A stretch of DNA of 64,000 nucleotides, taken from assembly GCA_050084985.1 (NCBI GenBank), contig JBITNC010000001.1:10602001-10666000 (forward strand), in the 5' to 3' direction. The position numbers were made by a program, and so were the translations under genes. Below are positions 1 to 10,917 of the stretch, one piece after another. Under the pieces are notes generated by a model, which was given only the letters and a program-made list of their open reading frames with translations, made no database searches and was not told where the DNA came from. Origin of the DNA: Nageia nagi (Eukaryota; Plantae; Pinophyta). Within the stretch, counting starts at the first letter, position 1. Each line of letters begins with the position of its first letter.

Positions 1-659
1 ATGGGATCACTTTTGCCCTTTTATTTCTTCGCTGGGCTCTTGGTACACACTTAGTACACGTCATGGTACGCTTTGAGTGCATACCCATGTACTCCGTATG
101 TACGGTACGGGGTAGGGACCTTGGGGAGTGTACCATGTATGCGAGGGTTTGTACTTGTGTAATATTGTAAGAGGAACTAGTTTTGAGATCAGTTTTGAAG
201 TGTTTCCACTTTCAAGATGGGACGTCCAACCCTAGAGGGGCCATTTCAGTGTTTTGAAAACATTTTTAGATTTGTGGAGCTCAACGTCCAGCCAACACAC
301 TGCAGGAATATATTCATTGAGATTAGATCGATTACCTGGCCATTTTTAGCCAAGAACCTCAGCCCTTTTGGTGTGAATTTGCTATTTCTGTTTATTTTAT
401 TCGTATATTTCAAGCACCATGGTTCAATTCCATTTGGTGCTTTGGAACGTTGATATACCATTTGTAGAATATATTTTTTCTTTTCCAATGTACCTTATAT
501 AAGGTATGTGACATTGAATATGGTTTTTTTCTTGGCATAAAACTTTTTGTTCTTGTTGAAACCCAAAAATCATATACATTTTTATGAAATACCATGGCAT
601 TGCATAAATTTGTTGAACAATCATGAATGCAAACTATACTATTGGGACCAAGTAATTTA

Positions 660-957
660 TGTTTGAATAGAATGTGGATCAACTACAACTTCCATTTCTA
701 TTCAGATGATTTCAGTGGAGGAATGTGATTTATACTACTAGTGTACTGTTATGTTCTTGTTTTATTTTGTATAAATTAGGAGTAGAATTGACATGTGTAA
801 TTAGTTATAAGCATGATGTGATTATTTAGCATTATGTTAGTATGTTAGTTGCTACATTCAAGGAGTTAGTTGAGTAACCACTTTTATGGTTCTATAAATT
901 TTGTAACTGTTGGAGTTTTTCATTAATCTAATTTGTAGTTTTGATCTAAAGCTGACA
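660..957 (+). repeat. Candidate 5' LTR of the Ty1/copia element (left boundary uncertain)
   Basis: Ends ...GCTGACA immediately before a tRNA-iMet PBS and contains TATAAA motifs. No partner LTR is in the window, so the start is approximate. Confidence 0.45.
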
Positions 958-958
958 T

Positions 959-970
959 TGGTATCAGAGC
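959..970 (+). promoter_or_regulatory. Primer binding site (tRNA-iMet)
   Basis: TGGTATCAGAGC, 1 nt after a CA LTR end. Confidence 0.85.
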
Positions 971-2003
971 CTTGTTACACAACTCCATGCAAATTGATTT
1001 TTCATGTTTGTACTGTTGAGAGAAAACATGAAGTCTTGCTTGTTGTGTGAAAGCTGCTGACATAGGAGCTCATTGAGGTTCATTAACTAAGAGTATGCTT
1101 CGTTTTCCTTGTGGACTTGCTGTTGCAGTTTGTGCGTTCCATGTTGTGAAGCGTGTTTGTGCTGTTGTCTTTGTTGAGTATCCTGCCATGAAGGCCATGG
1201 TTTGTTGTTTGTGAGGAGTCCTAACGTGATATTGCTGTACGTAAATGCAAGACTTGGCTTTGCTTTGTGCCTCTTGCTGTGCTATTGCTTGCTGGCTGTG
1301 TGGAGAGGGTTTCTGTTGGCGTAGTGAAACCCTTGCCGCCTGATGTGAATTGAAGGATGACGAAGGTGGGTATGCTGTTTGTGCTTGCTTTGCCCTTGTG
1401 TGACATGGAGTGAACATTTGCTGTTATGACAATTCATGTATTTATTTGAAGCCCCCCTCCAGCTCGTTGTTCTCTCCACATACTGATGTAATGTGGAAAA
1501 CTTCACCTTCGTTGCAAGACAAGAACCCTGCTTGCTCTCGTGAGTCGACATCCTCTTTACTTCATAGTCAACTCTCTGCATATGTGCACCCTCTTTGTTG
1601 TGAATGCTCTCCTGTGACCTTCGCCTTCAAGCTCGTCGTGGACGTCGTGGAGGTCATGCTCTTTGTAGACATGGCCCCTCTGTTGCGCTTCTCCATCATT
1701 GGTTAAAAAGAAGTGAAGTGATCCCCTTGAATTAAAGGTTACTCTCATTTGATTTTCAAAAGGCTTAGCATTTTGTTTTTTAAAATATTTTGGAGCCTTC
1801 TTTGGAGAGATAAGGTGTTGTATGGTGCATTAAAAGTATTTAAAACAACATTTAAATATTTTCGTGGGTGTTTTTTAAGCATTTTCTTTTGGAGCTATAA
1901 GGTTGCATTTAATATTTGAAGTTTTTTAAATATTTTGATTTTGTATTAAAATATTCTTGGCGTTTAAATATTGGAGTAATAAGGTTACATTTGAGCTATT
2001 AAA

Positions 2004-2585
2004 TGATAAGGTCACAAGGATGCTACTCAACTCTTCTCTATCGTCTTGATGAGAGAACTAAGCCTAATAGACCAAAATCCTCTTCTACCAAGATCTCATG
2101 AAAGCTCTCTAAAACATCATCACAATATCATAAACACAATAGCCAATCTCACAAATTTGATACCAATATAAAATGGTTCCTCCAACCAAGGGAGTACATC
2201 CACTAATCTAAGATCTTCTTATTCTCAAAGAGCATTCTTTTACAATTCTTCTTTCTCACTTCTCCTAACAATCCTAGAGCATAACTTTTCTTCAAGTTTG
2301 AGTGAGTAATCTCAAGGAGAAGGCCTCTATTTATAGGCCAAAATCTTCACTTGGATTACTCTTTTAACCATTGTACAATGTCATGACATGCATCACCCTT
2401 TAATCCAAGGGGCATGCTCATGAGATGGAGTGTGAGACAAGTTACATTATTTTATTCACAAATGCTTAAAAGGTATCTAGGGATACTTTTAAGTATTAGT
2501 GAATTTACATAATCATATTCATTAAATACTTAAGGTATTTAGGATACCTTTAAGTATTAAGTGAATTACATATAGAGACCTTACA
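2004..2585 (-). mobile_element. Probable solo LTR (~580 bp)
   Basis: Imperfect inverted ends TGATAAGGTC...GACCTTACA; TATAAATA on the minus strand at 2328-2335. No clean TSD, so boundaries are tentative. Confidence 0.5.
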
Positions 2586-4011
2586 ATAATGCATTATACA
2601 TCCCAACACTTGAAAATGAAATTTCTGAAGCATCTGATGAAGACGTACGTGTGTATGGTTTGTTGGGGGATTTTTCTTTCCTACCTTGTTGATAGGCTAA
2701 TTAGCTTGCAAGGCTTATGAAGACACCAACACCTAAGTGATAGGGCGTGACCCCTATCCGCAATGAGGACTGGTTACCTCAAAGGTCTCGTGATTGGATA
2801 TGCAAGAGGTTACTCAGGAGATTGGTTGAGATGTTTAAATTTGTTTCCAACTCAAATAGAATTTGTTAATCAAGGACTCAAAGTGTCCCTATTTCTAGAA
2901 AATGGTTGTTTCTCAAAAGAAAAGTAAAATTGGGTAGTGAAAATCGCGGGAAAAAAAAGATGAAAAATAAAAGAAAAAGGTAGATTAGACTATGGTATAT
3001 GAGTTGAGCACAAGTGCATATGGTCTCATCGACTTGTGTAAGGAATGGAATCTACTTCTTTCAGGCTTGATGCAAGTTCCACGCACTCCTTATTTTTATC
3101 ACTATCCAACTATACGAATGGACAGTGCAAAGAGCATGAAGCTATAGGCGAGGATGGTTGTAAGGCAAATAGTGGGTGAATCATCAACGGTGGAGTGAAG
3201 TTCTTGCTCTAAGTGGCATAAAAGGAGTCATCCCAAACGACACAAGTCTTATATGCAAATCATAAACTATTGCACATCAAATCTCATGCAATGATTACTT
3301 CAAGTAGTCAACAAATTCTTTCATCCACCTCAACACAAGGTTTATGAAATGAACCAAGTAAGCTTGGGCAACACAAGATAGCAATACCATTCAATCAAGG
3401 ATTCAATAATGCATTCAAGACATGTTCATGATTCCATTAATGAGAACATTGACCATTCAATTGCTTGAGATAATACCACATTCACAAATGGAGCAACTTG
3501 TTTATTTGGAAGTAACAGTTAAGTCTTTCACAAGTGCAAAATGTCTAATCCCTTTCAAATGAGCCCAAGTGGGCTATAAATAGTTTTCTTGGCAACCCTA
3601 GATGTTGCCCTAACCCTAATTCCAAAATTTGAGAAAATACAAATGGTCCAATCAAGAAGTGCGACATGGCATTACAAGGTTTCTTCCAAACTTGTGGGAC
3701 CAATTCCTCATCCATTACAAGTTTGGGAATTAAATAACAAATATAATAAACTATGGAGAAAATGTGACTTCTAGATTGATAGGTGTTGACATCATTTGTC
3801 ATTAGCCTTGTCATTAAGTATTTCAACCTCCTTTTGTACCTTTTGGAAGCGAGTGGCTATTTAATGGATAACACCCAAGTAGAACCAGTAATCTTCACAA
3901 AACTTTACATCCTCAGGCCTCTGATCCTAAGTCATTTCAAATCTCAATATCATTGGTTTTCGGGATTCTAGAATATTTTGAGAAGGCTGACTTTTGCAAC
4001 CATAATATCTT

Positions 4012-6559
4012 TCAATTTTTGTTCTTCAAATGTGACCCTCTGCAATGCACAATGAACTGTTGCACCACTATCAAGACTTCGTCGATCACTCTGGTCAATC
4101 TCCTTTGAGTGGCTAACTCCTTGAGGCTCTTTATCTCTTCTTCTTTTAGCATCCCATCCTTGGCGATTGCCTCAGTGTTGGATATGATTGCATGTTTTCT
4201 ACCAACCACACCAATAGGACCTGTATTGATAATCTGGTTTATTTGCCTAAGGTCTCCAGGTCGTTGTGGGTTGTCCTTGTCAGCAATTATGGTCTTAATG
4301 TGAACTGCATTATTAGCCAAATGCACATAAGTTTGAATCTTACCCAGACAAGTGGAGCTTTCTCCAACTTGGTCGTTAACTTCTAACTCCAAACTCCTCC
4401 TCGACATCCATGTGCTCATCAGTGGGTGATGGCTAAAGGGTTTTAACAACTGTCTCCTGAGTATTGGTGACATTTCTCTTGGTTCTTTTCAAAGGTCTTT
4501 CTTCTTCTTCAATATGCTCTTCGGAGGCTTCTGATGATCGAGACTGGGAAGTTCTCTTCAATTGTGCTCTTTTTTGTACTAACTATGAAGCTGGACTTTT
4601 ACCCTTCCCCGTTGAAGGTTCCGAAGAAGTAGGCTTTTGAACTACCTTTAAAATCTCTAAAGATCTATCCTCTTGTTGGGTATTTGGAACATCGTTGCGT
4701 TGAGTTGTACTCACTTCCTGTTCATCTTCTGATTCACTTGCTTGTCCTTCCTCTTGAATTTCATCAGGTTCATACATGGGACCAGAGGATGAGGACCCAG
4801 ATGGCGGAACGACTAGTGATGGACATGCAGTTGATTCTCTAGGTGGTCTTTGCGGTTGGGATAGATCCTTCTCTCCGTTCCTGACACACCTCACCATTTT
4901 ATTAGTGGCCACACGTTCCAACTCTCTCATGTCATGCTCATCAATGGTGTTCCTAACTTGTACTATCTGCTCCACTGGATTCTTACCACGCATTAAGGTA
5001 TATTGGCCAACAGGTTCTTCAATTCTAGGGGGAAATTGGGTGACCTTGGAAGTGAACTCTTGTGGTCTTCTCCCTCTTGATTGTGACAACCTTTTGTCAG
5101 TAGTGGCCTCAATAGTTTGTTGTTGCTCCTGAGCATCCTTATGCATCTTGGCATGAATCCTCTTAATCTCCACCTCATTGGTTATATTTATGAAGGGCTC
5201 CTCTTTTGTGAGTGGCTTATGTTCATAAGATCTTTTCCTTTCCTTCATGTAGAGTTGGTGAATTCTGTGTTGTGGATCATAGTGACTTGTGGCAGGCATT
5301 TTCTTGAAGTTGTATCTCTCCAACTCCACTTTCATAATATCAACATCTGCCCATGTCCTGCATTGGTATTCTCCAACTATGATTGACAAGTTTGAGGTGG
5401 CCGATTTCTTTTGCCATGCCTGCTCATGCAAGTAGGTCAATTGCCTCATCATCTTCATTAGGAGCAATCTATTGCTCACATACCCTAGCAATTGATATGG
5501 CTTCATGACTAACCCATGAATTCGGTTGTAGGAATAGTGTTGCTGATGGATGAAGAAGTTCCCATGCTTCCTGAACGTGTCTTGGGCTGAATTTGAGATC
5601 CTAGCCATTGTGATTTCTCCCTTAAGCTCTTTGTAGATCTCATACTTCCATCCATCGTTCTTCATGATGAAACTATCCCATCTTCTCTCAAGCTTCCATT
5701 TGGGATAGCACTTCCAAATAGTATATGTTCCTTTTTCAATCCATGTTGCTTTCCCTTTGGCCGTGGACCTATACTTGCCATGAAGCAGCAAGTATACTAA
5801 GTAGGAGTTGAGATAAAATTTACGTATGGTACCCATAGATGACAATTGGTATGTAATAGTTTTGCCCAACACCTTGCTTCACTTGATCTTCTTCCCTTTG
5901 GCTATCTCCACGATGAAGCCAAAGAATTCCTTCTGAACTTGGTGCATCTTCTTTTCCAGGACTCTTTAACACCATAAAGATCATTAATTCCACAGAGGGG
6001 TGGAAGTTGGAGCGAGGGGTATTGATGAGAGCATTCCCCTTCATGCCATGATGCTTATCAAGAATCCAATTCCTTATAGCAATGGCAACCTTGTTAGTAT
6101 GCTGATAGCAAGTGAGTCTGCTTTGTTATATTCAAAATTTACTTATGAAGTCCATTGGAATGCCATTTTGATGGCGTCGGGACTGAAGTCCATGATGATG
6201 TTTCCCTTAATATCCTGGAGCACCGTCTCTCCCTTTTGCCAGTGGGGATTGATTTCCATGCATAATTCTGGAAAAAGGGCTGTAAATGGGACGAAGGTAC
6301 AATTGGAAAGCTTGGAGAAGAATACTATGTCTTGTTTGAGATCATTGGTTTGCATTCTACGTATCCTCTCTCTCATTTGCATGGGGTCTACGTTTTGAGA
6401 ATCTGTGTCTCCAATTGTAGCAAGTCCATTTTTGGAGAATATGGCTCCTTGAGGAAGAGGGTCTTGTCTCTCACAAATGGCGATGATGCAATCTAGCCTT
6501 ACTCGTTCGAGATCTCTTGCAAAATCCTTGGCTGAACTGCTTTTGGAAGTGGTCATGAT
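4012..6559 (-). pseudogene. ORF A: decayed protein (~850 codons) of the uncharacterised retroelement accessory family
   Basis: ORF pieces 6143-6622, 5820-6044, 4583-5872 and 4012-4473. Motifs IGDTDSQNVDP, PFTALFPELC, IIMDFSPDAIKMAFQW, KFYLNSYLVYLLLHGK, PYQLLGYVSNRLLLM and HYDP are shared with ORFs B and C. Confidence 0.8.
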
Positions 6560-6918
6560 GCTCAACTTTGTGACGGGATTCTTCAAGAGTGATGCGTGAG
6601 TCTTTGTCATGAGGCTACCCAACGTTGGGTATCTTGTCTCTCAACTCCTTGCGCAAGCCCTAAGATGCAATGGGATGGATTCCAAACTCAAAAAATGGCA
6701 TTTTTCTGCAATTTTGGCCCAAGGGTAGAAGAGTGAGCTTGTAGTTATAGCTGAAATTGGTCTGCAAGAAACCCTAGTCGGCTATGCATGAGGTAGGATT
6801 TATCCTGGCCGTCCAGATGGCCGACCTCAGGATGTGTGCATATTTGAAATCACATGTCGAGCCATGGGTAATCGGATGTGGGGGTTCTGGAGCACTTCTA
6901 GGCCTAGCGAATGCCCAT

Positions 6919-7430
6919 AAAAGACAAGATTTTGTCTTTCTGGAGCATGCGCCAACCCTGGGGATGCATGCTCTTTATTCATTGGTCTTTCTGGCTCCCG
7001 TGCTCGTTCGTCTTGACTTTGAAGCTCATCCTGAGACCTGAACTTGCCTGATTTTTGCTCTTTCTGGTGCCCAACCTTGTCAAATTTGATCATTATGCCC
7101 AACTTGGACACCCCCCAAGTCAAGTGCATGATTCAAAAAGACAAGATTTTGTCTTTTTGAAATGTGTGCCCCACTCTCCAACTCTCCCAGTTTAAGTGCA
7201 TGATCCAAAAAGACAAGATTTTGTCTCTTTGGGGCATGCGTTGGGTTGTAGACTCGATCTAGGTTGCTCCCTGACCTTAGCGCATGCTCCAGAAAGACAA
7301 GATTTTGTCTTTTGGAGGCATGTGTTGGGCCTCAAAGTAGCCCAGATTGCCTTTCTTTGACTTGATTCTGGATTGGATGACTCTTGGACATGAGCACATG
7401 TCCCAGCAAGACAAGATTTTGTCTTCTGGA
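6919..7430. repeat. Five copies of the palindromic motif AGACAA-GATT-TTGTCT upstream of ORF A
   Basis: Cores start at 6922, 7139, 7211, 7295 and 7409; most are flanked by GCATG-type arms. Confidence 0.9.
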
Positions 7431-7752
7431 GGCATGCGCTGGGCTTCAAAGTGGCCCAGTTTAACCCGACTTGGCTTACACTCGTCTTGGATTCTCCTAA
7501 CTTGTCTAAGGACAACTTTTAATTTTCCAGACTTAGCCAATTTTTGGAATTGGAATTTCAGCTTTGGTTCAACATGACTGAGACGGGGCAAATGATAAGA
7601 CTTAGGCTTAGGAGGACTTGACATAGTAACCAGGTCTTAGGAAACCTCTTGAGTTGCATGAGACAAGTACATGACACTACATGGACACAAGTTGTTGAAG
7701 GTCCCCAAAATTGCTGGATTTAGGGGCATTTTGTGTTAGTCACAACATGGTC

Positions 7753-9319
7753 TTGATATTGTCTTTCAAAGACTCCAAAATTATGTAATTGAGAATCTTG
7801 TACCCGACATTGATTACGATGGTGATTCTGAAGAAAATGATTACTTTGATAGCGCATCTATTCCAAGTGACACTGAGAATAAAGATTACAAACCAGAGGA
7901 GATTGAAGTAGACTCAGTTGAAGAATACATATTAGCACCAGTTGAACCTGAGCTGATTATCATCAACGATAGTGACGAGTATACTCCTGTAGTCGCATCG
8001 GTTGATCAAAGTTTTGACCTTGATCTTGAAGCATCCGAGTCAAATTCTAGTTTTCTGGTATCTCCACTAGCACCGGTTGAGCCATTTGTTACTGAGGTTC
8101 CAATTTTCAACAGTGATCAAAGCTACAGGTGTAACCATTGATATCGCTCTTGCAGCCTTAATCAAAGCCTATGTCCCACATACTCCACTTATCTTGAATC
8201 CTTGCAAGCAAGTGGACAGTTAGCCTCTCTCACCTTCGACACCTTTGCGGAGAAGATTTAAAGAGCGCGAAAAAGCTTTTGGAAAGAAGACAATTGAAAC
8301 TACCTCAGACACTTTCTACATTGCTCAATTAGAGAAGAATTGATCTCATGATTCTTCTTGTGCAGAAAGTAGCAGCAAAGGTCGTGGTTGGTGAAAATTC
8401 CGAGGCAAGGGGGTAGAAATCAAGTTGGTTGTGGCGATAAAAGTGAGCGGTCCCATCTTTATTGCACTAGATGTGGATGAAAGGGCCATGAAGTTGCTAC
8501 CTGTCATATACCATGAGAAAAATTCACATAATTCAAAGTAAAGAGCAACATGGTGATCAGAGTATGAATTTTGCATCTACTCATTTCGTTACAGCTGAAT
8601 ATAACGTTGGTCTTAGTGAACTATTGAATTTTTCATACGCATCATAGAAAGATGCATGGTTGCTTGATACAAGAGCAACATGTCAAATGACTTACATGAG
8701 GGATTTCTTTGAGAAATTAAATGAAGACATTGATGGTGCAATCTATTTTGTGGATAGATCCAAACTTAAGCCACCTAGAATTGGTTCTATCAGGCTCAAA
8801 TTACCAGGTTTTCCAGATTTTGTGCTTCAAAATGTTCTTTATCTTCCAAAATTGCGGAGAAATTTGCTTCCCTTGTTCTTGTTTGGCAACAAGGACATTC
8901 AATCCATATGTTTGACGACAAGGTGAAGATATGACGATCTTTTGACAACAATATCGTTATGCTTGGTTTGGAGGATGGAAAGCAATTGAAGCTCTCTGGC
9001 ACTTCTATTTGATCAAGGATTTTGCATTCCTTGCCTATCAAGAAAAAGGTACAATTCCCTCCAATCTTTTGTGGCATGCTCGATTTGGGCACCTTAATTT
9101 TGATGACCTTTGCCTATTAAAGAAACAAGGTCTTAATGGTTTGCCTACAATCCCTAGAAACATTGCACCTTGTGAAGCTTGTATCCTGGGAAAGCATCAC
9201 ACGCAACCGTTTTTAGATTCCCAATGGAGAATAAGTAGAATAATTGAACTAGTTTGCTCCGATTTGTGTGGTTCATTTTTTGTTACTTATGTAGTTGGCA
9301 ATAAATATCTTATGACTTT
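7753..9319 (+). pseudogene. Copia gag-pol fragment: CCHC, protease, GAG-pre-integrase, integrase N-part
   Basis: CTRCG*KGHEVATC (~8463-8504); WLLDTRATCQMT (~8657); LWHARFGHLNF...CEACILGKH; ELVCSDLCG...KYLMTFI. Contains stops and frameshifts. Confidence 0.9.
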
Positions 9320-10917
9320 CATTGTGTTGGGATGCTTTTCTTTCCCACAGAGACTCTCTAAAAATCACACGCGGAACTTAGGAGATCCCAAGCAACATAG
9401 TCGGGAATGCGTGACCAATTCCTCCATTTGAAAAGGAATTTATACCTCCAAGGCTTTTGTCGAAACACCCTACTCAACAACTCAATGTTATGACATTGTA
9501 GGTATGCTTGTCAAGCGTGTTTCTGGTATAGGGATAGATAAAAGAAAGTGTGGTATCCCTCTTTGGAATCAGCCTCAATGGAATGGAATGAGAGGTAGCA
9601 GTCTGTTAACCAATGTTGTTTTATTTGATGTATAGAGTTTATTTGTAACACTTTTGTGTGGATTTAAGTATTGTATTTGGGTATGAAAGCATAAAGGTAA
9701 TACAACAAAAGGTGAAGGACAACACCTTGGAGAAGGAACAGATACTTGGTCGGATATGAGTTTGAGGTTCATTGATGGGAAAGTGTCTAAGAGTTGATCT
9801 CTTTCGAGTTGGTTAAGGACCTTTCATCCAATTCATCCAACTTTGCAAGCAAACAACTTCAATGTTCGAATTGCTTCAAAGAGGAGCGGAGAGGAACACC
9901 AAATGTCGGTTCTCTATGAATAGGATCGATGCAATTGAATGGAAATGGAAGGTTTCAAAGTGAAAGGATCATGGTTTTGGATGAAGGACCTAACAAGATG
10001 TCATGAAAGTAGAAATTAACATAGAATACCCAATCAACTTGTATGTTAAGGACCGAGCAACAAGCATAGGTAAGCTTCAAGCACTTTTTAAAGTAGTTCA
10101 AAGATAACTTCTCTAAAGCTCGAAAGCTTTCAAATGAATAAAACGAAAGTGCACAAACCAACTATGAATGTCTTCAAGATTAAATCCATAACACCAATAT
10201 GAAAAATATCAAACTCAAGTCTTTGCATAACCATTTCGTATTGATTTGAAAAAGGAGGTGCAAAGATTTACAATATGCTCCCACTTCTCAAAAGTTCTCT
10301 CTTCAAGAATGAAGTGTTTGCTTCAGAATGAAGTCCTTCCAAAAATAAGACGCTTGGTCTCTGACTTACAGACTTTTGGAAACCCTAAAAGTAACTTTTG
10401 AAACCCTAAAAATGAGTTTCAAAACCCTATTCTCTAATTGCATCATTAACACCTATTTACAAGCTAATTGAAAATGCTAATTGAGATTACAATTGGACCT
10501 AGTGGAAATGCACTAAGTTAGCCAATATTTGACTTACATATCAAAATTTTGCCAAAATAGTCCCCTTTCTATACCGGCGATGGTGGGAAGATGGCTTGTA
10601 CATTTGTCGTGATTTTAGCTTCAAAATCATCTCCCATGAACGCTTCTACATTCCAGATGGCTTGGTGGATAGTCTAGAGGACTCCTTTGTTTGGTATCAG
10701 GTGCTACAGGATGGTCTTATTGGTTTTGACCATTTCCTTGCACCTTGTAGCAAAGTCTAATTCCTCCTTTCATTTGTTTCCCTGTTTTCAGGTTTTGTGG
10801 ATCATCGGGACATAGTTGCTTTGCAATAGTGGTGTGGATTGTTGTCATCAACGTCATATACTCTTTGATGCTGTCGTTTTCCTCAAACAAAGGTACTTGG
10901 AATTGGTATTCCTTTGC

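Larger units (their letters stand above)
2661..7747 (-). mobile_element. Element A: 5.1-kb giant solo-LTR-like unit with internal ORF
   Basis: TGTTG...CAACA termini; TSD TGGTT (2656-2660)/TGGTC (7748-7752), one mismatch. Excision restores a continuous host frame (...SDEDVRVYG|LDIVFQRLQNY...). Terminal sequences resemble those of B and C. Confidence 0.85.

Noticed and set aside
1-160. GTAC-rich stretch resembling a MITE end
   Set aside because: Truncated by the window edge; no TIR or TSD can be verified.
180-660. Possible degenerate copia RNase H tail, and short ORFs 217-682
   Set aside because: Only a vague resemblance; no motif could be read with confidence.
4109-6398. Plus-strand ORFs overlapping ORF A (and similar ones over ORFs B, C, D and pol)
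   Set aside because: Antisense shadow frames of the real coding strand.
6919-7430. CRISPR-like array of palindromic repeats
   Set aside because: The core is only 16 bp, spacing is irregular (72-217 bp), spacers are mutually similar, there are no cas genes, and the context is a eukaryotic TE.
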